Position numbers and translations under genes: made by a program
The notes under the pieces: generated by a model
Told to the model about the DNA's origin: nothing
What the model saw: the letters and a program-made list of their open reading frames with translations, nothing else
Databases searched by the model: none
Assembly (NCBI GenBank): GCA_963722385.1
Contig: CAVRKK010000002.1
Span: 64,001-128,000, forward strand
Length of the DNA stretch: 64,000 nucleotides
DNA from: an uncultured bacterium
GTDB lineage: Bacteria > Babelota > Babeliae > Babelales > Babelaceae
Direction of reading: 5' to 3'
Part shown: positions 52,441 to 62,801 of the stretch, in pieces
How positions within the stretch are numbered: position 1 is the first letter of the stretch
How the letters are laid out: the number at the start of each line of letters is the position of its first letter

Positions 52441-54687
52441 TCAGCTGCTTGTATATCCACAATCTTTGGATGGGCAACTCAGTATAGTATCGCCGAGCTT
52501 GCTCATGCGCTTGAGCAGATAGGGTGATTTACATTGGGGACATGCGGTTTGTTCGATATCGCTCGCTATGGTGAATTTGCAGGCAGGATAGCCTGCGCAG
52601 CCCCAAAAGATCTTCCCCTTCCATCTTCTTTTGACTACCTTTTGGGCGCAGCTAGGGCAGGCAAATGCGGCGGTCTCTGGCTGTATATATTTGCACTCGG
52701 GATACCCTGAGCAAGCTACAAATGGGCCAAACTTACCGGTAATTTGCCGGAGCTGTCGTGCACATGAAGGACATTGTTGCTCAAGTAATTTTGGTTCCTC
52801 AGCTTGTTGCAGGACAATCGCGCCATCGTCAGCACGTATAAACTTGCTCGTAAAATTACAAGCAGGATATTTATTACAACCAATAAATGAACCGCTTTTG
52901 CCAAAACGGATAACAAGGCCCCCTTCAGCACAGCGAGGACAGGCAAGCTCGGTGAGCTCGAGCACTTTTTTGGTTTTCTCGCCTGCAAAAGCCTCAACAT
53001 CTTTACTGAAATTATTATAAAAATTCTTGAGCAGACGATCACGCTCAAGCGAACCTTGGGCAACGGCGTCAAGGTGCTCTTCGAGCGTGGCGGTAAATTT
53101 TACGTTCATGATCTTAGGCAGGTGCTCAACTAAAAGCTTGGTCACGAGCGTACCCAAATCGGTCGGCACGAAGCGCTTTTTAGCATCTAAACTCGTATAT
53201 GAACGAGCTTGAATGGTTTTTAAGATGGTCGCATAGGTACTTGGGCGACCGATGCCTTCTTTTTCAAGCTCTTTAACCAATGACGCCTGGGTATACCGTG
53301 GTGGTGCCTCGGTAAAATGCTGCTTAGGCGCTAAGCGTAGCAGGCTCAGCATCATTTTTTCACGCAGATCAGCTGGTAAGGCTGTCTTCTTTTCTTGCTC
53401 ATCAGCCTCGTCAACCTCGTGATAGACCCTCAAAAAGCCGTCAAAAATAAGCGTTGATCCGGTAACCTTAAACATATAAGGGCCACCCTCGATGGTAACC
53501 TGGCGCTGGGCGTATTGGGCTGGCTTCATCTGAGAAGCAACAAAGCGTTTCCAAATAAGTTCATAGAGGCGCGCGGCATCCCGATCAAGATAAGGAACAA
53601 GCGTTTCAGGCTCAGCAAGCACGTTAATCGGCCTAATTGCTTCGTGCGCATCTTGGGCGCCCGATTTCGCGTAAGAAACACTCTTGCTGGGCAAGTAATC
53701 ATCGCCATACGTTTTATCAATATATGCTCGGACACTTTGTAATGCGCTATCAGCAATACGCAGCGAGTCGGTACGCATATAGGTTATAAGTGCAACAGGC
53801 GTTTTGGGATCATCCAAAGGAATACCTTCATAAAGCTTTTGAGCAAGCAGCATCGTCTTGTCTACCGAAAACCCAAGCTGGTTATAAGCAGCTTGCTGGA
53901 GCGTACTCGTCATAAAGGGCGCTGAGGGATTTTTGAGCCGCTTGGTATCTTTAATAGAGGCTATACTAAATTGCTGCTGGTTAATATCAGCAACAAGAGC
54001 ATCAGCTTCGGCTTGTGACGGAATCGTAAGCTTCTTCTTATTTTTGTGTGTCAAGGCAGCGGTAAGCTGACTTCCTGTATCGGTCCTAAAAGTGCCGTCT
54101 ATGCTCCAGTACTCGGTGGGTTTAAATGCCCTGATCTCCTCTTCGCGATCGCAAATCAAGCGCAAGGCTACCGACTGCACGCGGCCGGCAGAGAGCCCCT
54201 TGCTCACTTTACGCCACAAGATAGGTGATACCTCATAGCCTACCCACCGATCAAGGACCCGCCGTGCTTGCTGGGCAGCTACCTTGTTTAAGTCAATATG
54301 CTCAGGATGGGCAAGCGCAGCGTCGATTGCTTGCTTGGTAATCTCGTTAAAGGCAATACGGTAAATTGTCGGCGTAGATTTTTTAAGGTACTGCTTGATC
54401 TCCTGCTCAACATGCCAGGCAATAATCTCACCCTCACGGTCAGGGTCAGGAGCGAGAAATATCTCGCCCGCTTTGGCAGCCTCTTTACATATGTCTGCTA
54501 TGACTTTCTCTTTCTTATCCAAGGTTACATAGGTGATGTCAATCCCCTCGTTTACCGTCACCCCAAGCTCACGTGAGGGCAGGTCTTTAATGTGTCCCAT
54601 GGTCGAGACGATCTTAAAGTCTTTACCCAAAAACTTGGTAATAGTCTTAATTTTGGCAGGAGACTCCACCACCAATAGTTTTTTCAT
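52441..54687 (-). CDS. topA: DNA topoisomerase I
   Basis: VVESPAK, DPDREGE, SAGRVQS, LITYMRTDS, C-terminal zinc ribbons. Confidence 0.97.
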   Translation of the reverse strand: MKKLLVVESPAKIKTITKFLGKDFKIVSTMGHIKDLPSRELGVTVNEGIDITYVTLDKKEKVIADICKEAAKAGEIFLAPDPDREGEIIAWHVEQEIKQYLKKSTPTIYRIAFNEITKQAIDAALAHPEHIDLNKVAAQQARRVLDRWVGYEVSPILWRKVSKGLSAGRVQSVALRLICDREEEIRAFKPTEYWSIDGTFRTDTGSQLTAALTHKNKKKLTIPSQAEADALVADINQQQFSIASIKDTKRLKNPSAPFMTSTLQQAAYNQLGFSVDKTMLLAQKLYEGIPLDDPKTPVALITYMRTDSLRIADSALQSVRAYIDKTYGDDYLPSKSVSYAKSGAQDAHEAIRPINVLAEPETLVPYLDRDAARLYELIWKRFVASQMKPAQYAQRQVTIEGGPYMFKVTGSTLIFDGFLRVYHEVDEADEQEKKTALPADLREKMMLSLLRLAPKQHFTEAPPRYTQASLVKELEKEGIGRPSTYATILKTIQARSYTSLDAKKRFVPTDLGTLVTKLLVEHLPKIMNVKFTATLEEHLDAVAQGSLERDRLLKNFYNNFSKDVEAFAGEKTKKVLELTELACPRCAEGGLVIRFGKSGSFIGCNKYPACNFTSKFIRADDGAIVLQQAEEPKLLEQQCPSCARQLRQITGKFGPFVACSGYPECKYIQPETAAFACPSCAQKVVKRRWKGKIFWGCAGYPACKFTIASDIEQTACPQCKSPYLLKRMSKLGDTILSCPSKDCGYTSS

Positions 54688-54793
54688 TCCTTTACCTTGA
54701 TTTTTCAATGCTCGTCTATATTCTGTTTATTTTATAGTAAAATAGATATTTTCAAAAAGTCAAATACAACTTGGCTTCCACCAAGCAGTCTGA

Positions 54794-55276
54794 AGCGCTT
54801 ACGCAGCGAGCGCGCCTGTGCGGCGAGCACACCTACGCGGTGGGCGGCATGGCGGCGGCCCTGCACCCATTGATTTTATGCTTCACTCTACTTGCTATAT
54901 CTTTTATCTCTTCTCGTCATAACCATGCGGGGCGCATGATTATGACAACCGCAATTTTCCTGACGGAAAATAGATTTTTATCATGGAGCTGAGCGACATG
55001 ATAATGGCGTTAGTTATCGTACGCTTTGGCGGACGATAACTACTCACCAAGCTTATAAGCATTAAGCATATTGCAACGGGATCCCAAAGGACATAGCGAT
55101 GCGGAGTAGCGCAACGCTTGTCCGTAGCAGCTTTTTGTAAAAAAAGCGATCAGCGGAGGCGGGACCCCCTTTGGCGCTCGCCGCGCAGGCGATTCGATTC
55201 AATTCAATTCAATTCGCTCTGCTACGTCAGCCCCGCCCGACTTCGCCGAGGCTAGGCCGGCCAAGCAGCGATTCAA
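54794..55276 (-). repeat. Structured intergenic repeat, copy 2 (with ~70-bp insert in hairpin 1 loop)
   Basis: Reverse-complement homolog of 22421..22831 with compensatory changes. Confidence 0.92.
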
Positions 55277-55324
55277 AGCTTGTGCTATAATAAGTCTAGG
55301 TATTAACCCAACAGGAGAAACATC

Positions 55325-56041
55325 ATGCTACGATCACTGGCCGAATCATGGAAAGCCTCGATGGCCTCATTTCAGCGGCCGAATGCCCGTTACTTTTTTT
55401 TAGAATCCCTTAACGCAACCTGGGGCATATATAAAGCCTGCATATTCGGCGCCTTGTGGTTGATCGCGCTTATTATTTTGTCGTTTAAGTTTCAGCTCGG
55501 TGCCATAGGCTTGCTCCATACCATGCTCTTTTTCGTAGCCCTTTGCTCAGCACGCTCCTCTATCGGTATAAAGAATTCCACTTATTTTTTTGAAAAAATC
55601 GCTCACTACTTTTTAATCTACTGGCTTATGACGTACTTCGTCATGCAAGGCTTTATTATGGCCACTCCCTGGCTCTTACAAGCTGGAGGAGAAGTGCTCA
55701 AGCAAGCAGTCCTCATTAACTGCTCGATTTTTCTGACTCTCGCTGGCCTCTGCTTGATTGATTCGGGATTCTGGCTTAAGTCGATGCTCGAGTCCCCCCT
55801 GCGCGCACTGCGCCTGCTCGTCTATAACTACCCAGCTTTTATATGCTTGGAATTATTGAGGACAGCTGCAGGATTTTTGGTGCTCCGCGCCACATCTACG
55901 CTCATTGATACCAATGCAATCGGCTTTTTTTGGTCCAGTATGATTGATTTAGCAGCGTGGTTTGTGTATGTTCCTTTTTATATCGCGCTTGTTGCCACTC
56001 TTTATATAAGGCGAATCTATGAGCAAGGAAAATATTATTAA
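55325..56041 (+). CDS. Integral membrane protein
   Basis: ~6 hydrophobic segments; AGGAG RBS. Confidence 0.75.
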   Translation: MLRSLAESWKASMASFQRPNARYFFLESLNATWGIYKACIFGALWLIALIILSFKFQLGAIGLLHTMLFFVALCSARSSIGIKNSTYFFEKIAHYFLIYWLMTYFVMQGFIMATPWLLQAGGEVLKQAVLINCSIFLTLAGLCLIDSGFWLKSMLESPLRALRLLVYNYPAFICLELLRTAAGFLVLRATSTLIDTNAIGFFWSSMIDLAAWFVYVPFYIALVATLYIRRIYEQGKYY

Positions 56042-56807
56042 GCAACTTTTGCTCATTGCGCGCTGCTTACTGGGGTATGTACTCATCGGGATCATTGGGC
56101 TCATTTTTTTTACGCCATGCCTGGTGCTTGTCTGCCTGCCCCCTCGCTATCGTTACGCTAACCGCCTTTTATTTTGGCTACTCAATAAAGCATATAAGGG
56201 AGTTTGCGCTTCTTTGATGATGCCCATTACGGTACAGGGCAGAGAGCACCTACCCATTAAGCCAGCCCTCTTTGTAGCAAATCATCAATCAGCGCTTGAT
56301 ATACCGCTCTTGGGGATGCTGATGAACGGCCACCCCCACCTCTGGTATGTTCTAGCCTATTATAAAGATACCTTCATCCTTGGGTTCTTCGTAAGGCGGC
56401 TGGGGATTTTTATCGACCCCAAAAACCCGCCCGATATCGCTAAATCGCTCTTACGCGGCATGCGCATCGTCAAACAAGCAGGCTCCCACACCATCGTTTT
56501 TCCCGAGGGCGCTCGTTTCATTGATGGATACGTCCATCCCTTCTTGCCTGGCTTTAGCCTGATCGCCCGCAAGTTAGCACAACCGGTAATACCAGTTTTC
56601 CTCCATAACGCGGGCGCTGTCTACCCACCCGGAGCCTTCTTAGCACACCCCCATCCTCTATCTGTTATCATAGGACCGTCATTTCATTTTTTAGAAACTG
56701 ATACGCTTGAGAGCTTTACGGGCCGAGTACACGCTTGGTTTGATGCCCAGCAACAAAAAATGGGGCGGGATGCTTACGCAAGCACACTACATCAATCTCC
56801 GCCGTAG
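56019..56807 (+). CDS. plsC: 1-acyl-sn-glycerol-3-phosphate acyltransferase
   Basis: NHQSALD and FPEGAR motifs. Confidence 0.88.
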   Translation: MSKENIIKQLLLIARCLLGYVLIGIIGLIFFTPCLVLVCLPPRYRYANRLLFWLLNKAYKGVCASLMMPITVQGREHLPIKPALFVANHQSALDIPLLGMLMNGHPHLWYVLAYYKDTFILGFFVRRLGIFIDPKNPPDIAKSLLRGMRIVKQAGSHTIVFPEGARFIDGYVHPFLPGFSLIARKLAQPVIPVFLHNAGAVYPPGAFLAHPHPLSVIIGPSFHFLETDTLESFTGRVHAWFDAQQQKMGRDAYASTLHQSPP

Positions 56808-56985
56808 CGAACGGTTAATTACTTTTAATGTGAAAAATTTGCTGGCCTTGCAGTTGCAAAGCTCTCTTCGCTTCGGAATCGGCGAGTTGCCCACATATTG
56901 GATCGCCCATACGAGTAATGCAATAGCGATATATCAGTTTAATGGCGTCGTTTGATTCCTTTCATGTAGTTAAGATGAGCAACTA

Positions 56986-57408
56986 TTATACTTCTTGATT
57001 TTTAATCAACCTATTAAAAATTTTATGCATCATCATACTGTAAGATGAAATATGTTGCATGATCACCTCGGCAACTTCTTCATGATAGCTATGTGAAGCC
57101 TGATTGCGATCGGCCACACAAGCTATAAGCAAGTCGAATTCATTTTTATTAATTAATCCTTCGTTAAGTGAAGTACGTAAAATTTCACGAGGCGTACCAT
57201 ATTCAACAGTAATATTTGCTATTTTTTTAAGATATGCTTTTAGAAATTTTCAGAAAGCATCGATGCTGTATTCGAAACGTTGAATTGCTGAATCTCTTAA
57301 GGTTTTATATATTTCTTGGTAGCATTGGCTATTTATAAGCTCCAAAGCCTCATTAAGTGTTGCTAAAGCTTGATTAAGAGTTTTTGTTTTTATAGCTAAT
57401 TCTTCCAC
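56986..57408 (-). pseudogene. HEPN (HI0074-type) toxin with TGA at codon 53
   Basis: RDSAIQRFEYSIDAF*KFLKAYL..PREILR..DRNQASHSY (Rx4H); absent from the ORF track. Confidence 0.85.
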
Positions 57409-57710
57409 AACGTTCCTTCCTGCACAATCGACTCCCTCATGGCGTCAGGCGCTTTGCGAAAATCAACAATTTGTACCTTATAAGGTATATTGGTAGCCTC
57501 AAGTACGCTTTTCGCTTCGTCTACAACAACGGTAGGCAACGCTTGGCCTGCATCAAGCGCAAGATCTATATCAGACCACTGTTCATGCGTCCCCCGTGCT
57601 CTTGACCCGAACAAATAAATTTTAGCTTCTGGCACTAAAGCATGAATCAACATAATAATTTTTTGCCTGGTTTCTCGATCTATACCTTCTGTACCATTAA
57701 CACTTTTCAT
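57396..57710 (-). CDS. Minimal nucleotidyltransferase (MNT) antitoxin
   Basis: YLFGSRARG..SDIDLA. Confidence 0.9.
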   Translation of the reverse strand: MKSVNGTEGIDRETRQKIIMLIHALVPEAKIYLFGSRARGTHEQWSDIDLALDAGQALPTVVVDEAKSVLEATNIPYKVQIVDFRKAPDAMRESIVQEGTLWKN

Positions 57711-57847
57711 AAATTACCCTCTTGCAAAACCGCTATTCTATGAGCATCTTAAGACAAGTTCACTCTTTTCCAAGCAATAAGCAGCTTATCTTTAACGCAT
57801 CTATATTACCATAAATACGTCAGCATAAGATCTTAGTAATTTCTAAA

Positions 57848-58075
57848 TTATCGCTTTTTAAAGATTTTTAAACAAAAGAGCAGAAACAGTAACGCGAAAA
57901 CGGGAAAAGGGATACAGAAAGGCGCCAAGAAGAAGGCAACCGCAATTCCCGGTATAAGGCTTAAGGCTGCCAGCACGGCAACTACCAACCAGATGCCGAG
58001 CGCCAGGATCGAGCCCATTATCATACAGAGAAAACAAAAAAAGATTATAAGTAATAGAGGCAAAGAAAAAATCAT
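57848..58075 (-). CDS. Small hydrophobic membrane protein
   Basis: Almost entirely hydrophobic with a basic C-terminus. Confidence 0.5.
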   Translation of the reverse strand: MIFSLPLLLIIFFCFLCMIMGSILALGIWLVVAVLAALSLIPGIAVAFFLAPFCIPFPVFALLFLLFCLKIFKKR

Positions 58076-58212
58076 AGAGAGAGAATTCCTGCTATCGATT
58101 GCGCATTTTAATCATATCACAAATAAATTTTTAGTCCACAAGAAAGATGTACTTATTCTTGAAATTTCATGTATCCTTAAATCCTATAACGATTTGGCAA
58201 ACGGCGTAACCC

Positions 58213-60627
58213 ATGAAATTTATCAAATACTTTTCTGATATTACCCATACGGATACCGGCTTAGTCGGTGGTAAAAATGCTGCGTTAGGCTTTATGATAC
58301 GGCATGGTCTCGGGCACGGCATACGGGTACCTTTTGGTTTTGCAGTTACCACCGAGGCGTATTGGCACTTTATGCACGAAAACAACCTTTTAGCAGAGAT
58401 TGGGAACCTATTAAAAAAACTAAATATCAACGACGTCGCTCACGTGCACGAGATTGGCTCTGCAATACGGGCTTCAATTCTTGCAGCATCTCTACCCCAA
58501 ATTATAAGCACGGAAATATTAACGGCGTACGCTGAACTCAGCACCCAGTACGGCCAACAAGCATGTGATGTTGCCGTACGCTCATCGGCTAATGCGGAAG
58601 ATCTGCCTGAAGCCTCATTTGCAGGACAGCAGTCAACATTCCTTGGCGTTCGCACCCAACAAGGGCTCTTGGACGCATGCAAGCAATGTATAGCATCCCT
58701 TTTTAGCGACCGGGCACTCGTTTACCGCTCAAAGCACCATTTTGATCATCTGAGCAGCGCGCTTGCCATTGGTGTCCAAAAAATGGTGCGGTCAGACCTC
58801 GCAACTTCCGGCGTGGCCTTTTCGTTAGAAACAGAATCGGGCTCGCCGCAACTTATCACTATTTCAGCGGCATATGGTCTTGGCGAGCTCGTGGTGAACG
58901 GCTCCGTAACGCCTGACGAATTTTACGTGCATAAGGATCGACTTTTACAAGGCTTTAAACCAATTGTGCGCAAAATGCTGGGCACCAAACATGAAAAGCT
59001 TATTTACACAGCAATGCGTACTGAGCGCATATCAGTTGCCGAAGAAGATCAGCAAAAATTTTCACTCGTCGACAAGCAGGTTCTTGAAATTGCCCATACC
59101 GTGATGGTGCTCGAAGAGCTCTATGCCGCGATTTACCAACGCTCAACGCCTATCGATGTTGAGTGGGCGTACGACAGTGACGGCATACTTTATATACTGC
59201 AAGTACGTCCTGAAACGGTGCACAGCCAAAAAACAAGAAAGACACAACTCGTCCAGTACAGGCTTGAGCCGAGCGTGACCTGCCCGATTCTTGCACAGGG
59301 GCAGAGCGTTGGCCAAAAGATTACGCAGGGCAGAGCTCGTATTTTGAAAGATTTGCGCGATGCAGCGTCATTTCGCCCCGGCGATATTCTCGTGACTCCG
59401 ATGACTGACCCGGACTGGATGCCCATTCTTAAGCAAGCGGCGGGTATTATTACCGATCGTGGAGGCAGAACGTGTCACGCCGCGATCGTAAGCCGGGAGC
59501 TCGGTATACCGGCGTTAGTGGGTGCCCATACCGCTACGCAGACGATATCTGAGGGTCAAGAAATAACTCTTGATTGTAGCCATACCAGTCATGGTTATGC
59601 CTATCATGGCATGGTGCCCTATCACAAGTCGGTAGCTGATTTGGATGTATCGTGGGCGCTGCCAACGCAGCTTATGATTAACCTTGCCGACCCGGGACAA
59701 GCGTGCGAGTTTTCACGGTTGCCGACAGCCGGCGTTGGGCTTGCTCGCCTTGAGTTTATTATTGCCCACATAATTAAGGTGCATCCTTTAGCTATTGCAA
59801 AGCCATGGCTCGTTCCGGAGAGTGTGCGCGCCGAGATAGCTGTTCTTGCCCGTGGCTACGAAAGCCCCGAGGCTTTTTTTGTTGACAGCCTAGCTCAGGC
59901 AGTAGGGCTTATTGCAGGTGCCTTTTATCCTCGCCCGGTTATTGTCAGGCTCACTGATTTTAAGAGCAATGAATATAGCCAGTTGATCGGCGGTTCTTAT
60001 TTTGAACTGCGTGAAGAAAACCCCATGCTTGGTTTTCGAGGGGCGGCACGGTATGCGAGCTCCACGTATAGTGCTGCCTTTGAGCTTGAGTGTCGCGCGC
60101 TTAAAAAGGCTCGTGAGGAGATGGGCTTTGACACGATTATCGTTATGGTTCCCTTTGTTAGGACCGTTAAAGAAGCAGAAACGGTGCGCAACGTGCTTGC
60201 CAAGCATGGTCTTAAGCAAGGCGAGCAAAATCTGAAGCTTTACATGATGGTAGAGGTGCCTTCTAATGTGCTCTTGATTGAGCAGTTTGCTGAAATTTTT
60301 GATGGGTTTTCAATAGGCTCGAATGATCTAACGCAGCTCACGCTTGGGGTTGACCGTGATTCGGGGGTTTTAGCGAGCTCGTTTAACGAGCGTGATCCTG
60401 CAGTCACAAAGTTGCTATTAATGGCCATCGCTGGTGCTCGCCGGGCGCAGCGGCCCATTGGTATTTGCGGGCAAGCACCTTCAGATTTTCCCGAGCTTGC
60501 AGCGTTGCTCATCGATGCGGGCATTACGTCGCTATCGCTCAGCCCCGATGCTCTGGTACCATTTATACAAAACTACCAGTACGCTGGCGTTAAGTTGGGT
60601 AGCACCGTGGTTGACAATATCGGGTAA
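58213..60627 (+). CDS. ppsA: Phosphoenolpyruvate synthase
   Basis: VGGKNA, AVRSSANAED, GGRTCHAAIVSRE, EENPMLGFRGA, SIGSNDLTQ. Confidence 0.96.
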   Translation: MKFIKYFSDITHTDTGLVGGKNAALGFMIRHGLGHGIRVPFGFAVTTEAYWHFMHENNLLAEIGNLLKKLNINDVAHVHEIGSAIRASILAASLPQIISTEILTAYAELSTQYGQQACDVAVRSSANAEDLPEASFAGQQSTFLGVRTQQGLLDACKQCIASLFSDRALVYRSKHHFDHLSSALAIGVQKMVRSDLATSGVAFSLETESGSPQLITISAAYGLGELVVNGSVTPDEFYVHKDRLLQGFKPIVRKMLGTKHEKLIYTAMRTERISVAEEDQQKFSLVDKQVLEIAHTVMVLEELYAAIYQRSTPIDVEWAYDSDGILYILQVRPETVHSQKTRKTQLVQYRLEPSVTCPILAQGQSVGQKITQGRARILKDLRDAASFRPGDILVTPMTDPDWMPILKQAAGIITDRGGRTCHAAIVSRELGIPALVGAHTATQTISEGQEITLDCSHTSHGYAYHGMVPYHKSVADLDVSWALPTQLMINLADPGQACEFSRLPTAGVGLARLEFIIAHIIKVHPLAIAKPWLVPESVRAEIAVLARGYESPEAFFVDSLAQAVGLIAGAFYPRPVIVRLTDFKSNEYSQLIGGSYFELREENPMLGFRGAARYASSTYSAAFELECRALKKAREEMGFDTIIVMVPFVRTVKEAETVRNVLAKHGLKQGEQNLKLYMMVEVPSNVLLIEQFAEIFDGFSIGSNDLTQLTLGVDRDSGVLASSFNERDPAVTKLLLMAIAGARRAQRPIGICGQAPSDFPELAALLIDAGITSLSLSPDALVPFIQNYQYAGVKLGSTVVDNIG

Positions 60628-60658
60628 ACACGCTACATTATGCCAGGAATTTGAGTGT

Positions 60659-61004
60659 GAATTCAATTGAATCGAATTGAATCGCCTGCGCGGCTGGCGG
60701 TTAAGGGACATCGTCCCTTAACAATCCCGATGCAATATGCTTATAAGCTTGGTGAGTAGTTGTCGTCCGCAAAAGCGTACGACAACTAATGCCATTATCA
60801 TGTGCGCTGCGCTCCATGATAAAAACATATCTTCCGTGAGAAAGATTGCGGTAGCTCTAAGCATGCGCGGCGCATGGTTATAGCATTCACACGAGTTACA
60901 AAATATAGCATACAGTAAGAAATAAAATCAATGGGTGCAGGGCCGCCGCCATGCCGCCCACTGCGTAAGTGTGCTCGCCGCATAGGCGCGCCTGCTGCGC
61001 AAGC
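60659..61004 (+). repeat. Structured intergenic repeat, copy 3
   Basis: Same hairpin series; near-identical to copy 4. Confidence 0.92.
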
Positions 61005-61020
61005 ACCGGAGGAAACAAGA

Positions 61021-61725
61021 ATGCTTAAAAAAACTTTACTTACCCTCGCGATTATTACTCATATACCTGCTTACGGGCAACAGCTTTATACTGAATCTGA
61101 ATGCGAATCCTTAAGCAGCTACGTGCTTGATGCCATCAAAAAAAATCATGCAGCCGTGGTTAAAGACCTTACGTCTCATTTACTAAAATGCTCGAAACTT
61201 GACCGCTTAAAGCGCGGCGTAGATTTCATAGATACTAATGCGGGACTTCTTGCTGCTTACGTTCTTGCAACTATCGGCGCAAACTTAGACAATGCCCTCC
61301 CGGCTGCAATATACTGGCACAATATACCGACCGCAAAATACCTGCTTGAAAATGGCGCCTGTGTTAACGGCTTAATTGACGTAGCTCCTGATATGTCCCC
61401 AGAGGAGCTGATCCCGCTCATGCATTACGCTATTCAGAAGGGCTATAGCGAAGAAGTTGAACTGTTAGTGCGTTACGGGTATGACCTGAATAGCTTTTTT
61501 GGGGATATGACGCCGCTTATGACTGCAGCATGGTATGGCCAAAACGACATCGTGAAAATTCTACTCGAACGCGGGGCTGACGCGCGAATACGCAATAAGG
61601 ACGAGTACACCGCCCTGGATTATGCCTTTAGATGGCCAAGCGCCTTAGGCTGGTCATGCCTTAACCCAGCTACTCTTAGATTACTCGAGCAAGCAACTGC
61701 CAACCAAGAGGGCTGTCGTTTTTAA
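61021..61725 (+). CDS. Secreted ankyrin repeat protein
   Basis: GGAGG RBS, signal peptide, MTPLMTAAWYGQ..ERGAD..YTALDYA. Confidence 0.87.
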   Translation: MLKKTLLTLAIITHIPAYGQQLYTESECESLSSYVLDAIKKNHAAVVKDLTSHLLKCSKLDRLKRGVDFIDTNAGLLAAYVLATIGANLDNALPAAIYWHNIPTAKYLLENGACVNGLIDVAPDMSPEELIPLMHYAIQKGYSEEVELLVRYGYDLNSFFGDMTPLMTAAWYGQNDIVKILLERGADARIRNKDEYTALDYAFRWPSALGWSCLNPATLRLLEQATANQEGCRF

Positions 61726-61934
61726 GAATATTCTGTTGGCTTACGATAATGGCTACAACGCGAGCAGGCGCCAAATTCTGATTGCGGATAAGGCTCACAA
61801 GGGCACGAACAATCAATACTGCGTAAAAGCCCCCAGTAACCCCGCTGCCTCGTATCCATGCAACCAGGACTAGCCTCAGCTTTACTCATTGCCATTAGTA
61901 AGGCTGCCATCCCGATTATTTGTATTATCTTCAT
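61722..61934 (-). CDS. Small secreted Cys-rich protein
   Basis: Signal peptide ending AEA; C..CSCPC..CSRCSH. Confidence 0.65.
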   Translation of the reverse strand: MKIIQIIGMAALLMAMSKAEASPGCMDTRQRGYWGLLRSIDCSCPCEPYPQSEFGACSRCSHYRKPTEYS

Positions 61935-62260
61935 CGCTTTCCCCCTCTGTAAGCTTAAAGACACTCGACCTTAACGGGCACTTCAACAAGAATAAAGGCG
62001 GTTTATAAAAGATGGTAAATCGCTGGGGATACGTCCCCGGCCGCGTCACCAAGGTAGGACAGCCCTGGATACCACCAAAAATAACAAGAATCATAATCAT
62101 AATGCGTTTCATAAAGCCCCTTGTCCCATTATGCCCTGTGATCATCTTAATTGATTGCTGTTCAAATATGCAATAATATTGTTAGACTGAATTAATAATT
62201 AATTACTTATTGCGTTTATTGAACATGTGCTTGAAATGGCCATAAATTTTGCACGTGCTC

Positions 62261-62673
62261 CTACGCAGCCGACTTCGCCAAGACCACGACGGGAACGCTT
62301 ACGCAGCGGGCGGCATGGTCGCGGCGGCCCTGCACCCATTGATTTTATTTCTTGCTGTATATGCTCATTTTTGTAACTTGTGTGAATGCTCTAACCATGC
62401 GCGACGCATGCTTAGAGCTACCGCAATCTTCCTCACGGAAGATATGATTTTATCATGGAGCTTAGCGACATGATAATGGCATTAGTTGTCGTACGCTTTT
62501 GCGGACGACAACTACTCACCAAGCTTATAAGCATATTGCATCGGGATTGTTAAGGGACGATGTCCCTTAACCGCCAGCCGCGCAGGCGATTCGATTCAAT
62601 TCAATTCGCTCTGCTACGTCAGTCCGCGCCCGACTTCGCCGCGGCTACGTCGGCCAAGCAGGCGATTCAATTC
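62261..62673 (-). repeat. Structured intergenic repeat, copy 4 (~30-bp deletion in the 3' arm)
   Basis: Reverse-complement homolog of copies 1 and 3. Confidence 0.92.
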
Positions 62674-62801
62674 GCCAAGTTGCCCAAATCCACACGCGAA
62701 GTTCCTACCACTTGGTTTTAAGCACATTTTGGTGTATAATTATAATTATATAAAACTTCTTAAAAGAGGCTGCTGATCAAGCGGAAAGGGGACTACAGAA
62801 C

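Noticed and set aside
54771..54992. ORFs 54771..54992 and 62249..62473, and the first 30 codons of 60931..61725
   Set aside because: They lie inside the non-coding repeat; indels between copies do not preserve frame; the ankyrin gene has its RBS and signal peptide at 61021.
57250..57252. TGA-as-Trp alternative genetic code
   Set aside because: Intact genes such as topA and the 4111/36409 pair end in TGA, and Trp is TGG elsewhere; this is a single nonsense change.
22421..62673. CRISPR array interpretation of the repeats
   Set aside because: Copies are long and dispersed, with no repeat-spacer periodicity and no cas genes.
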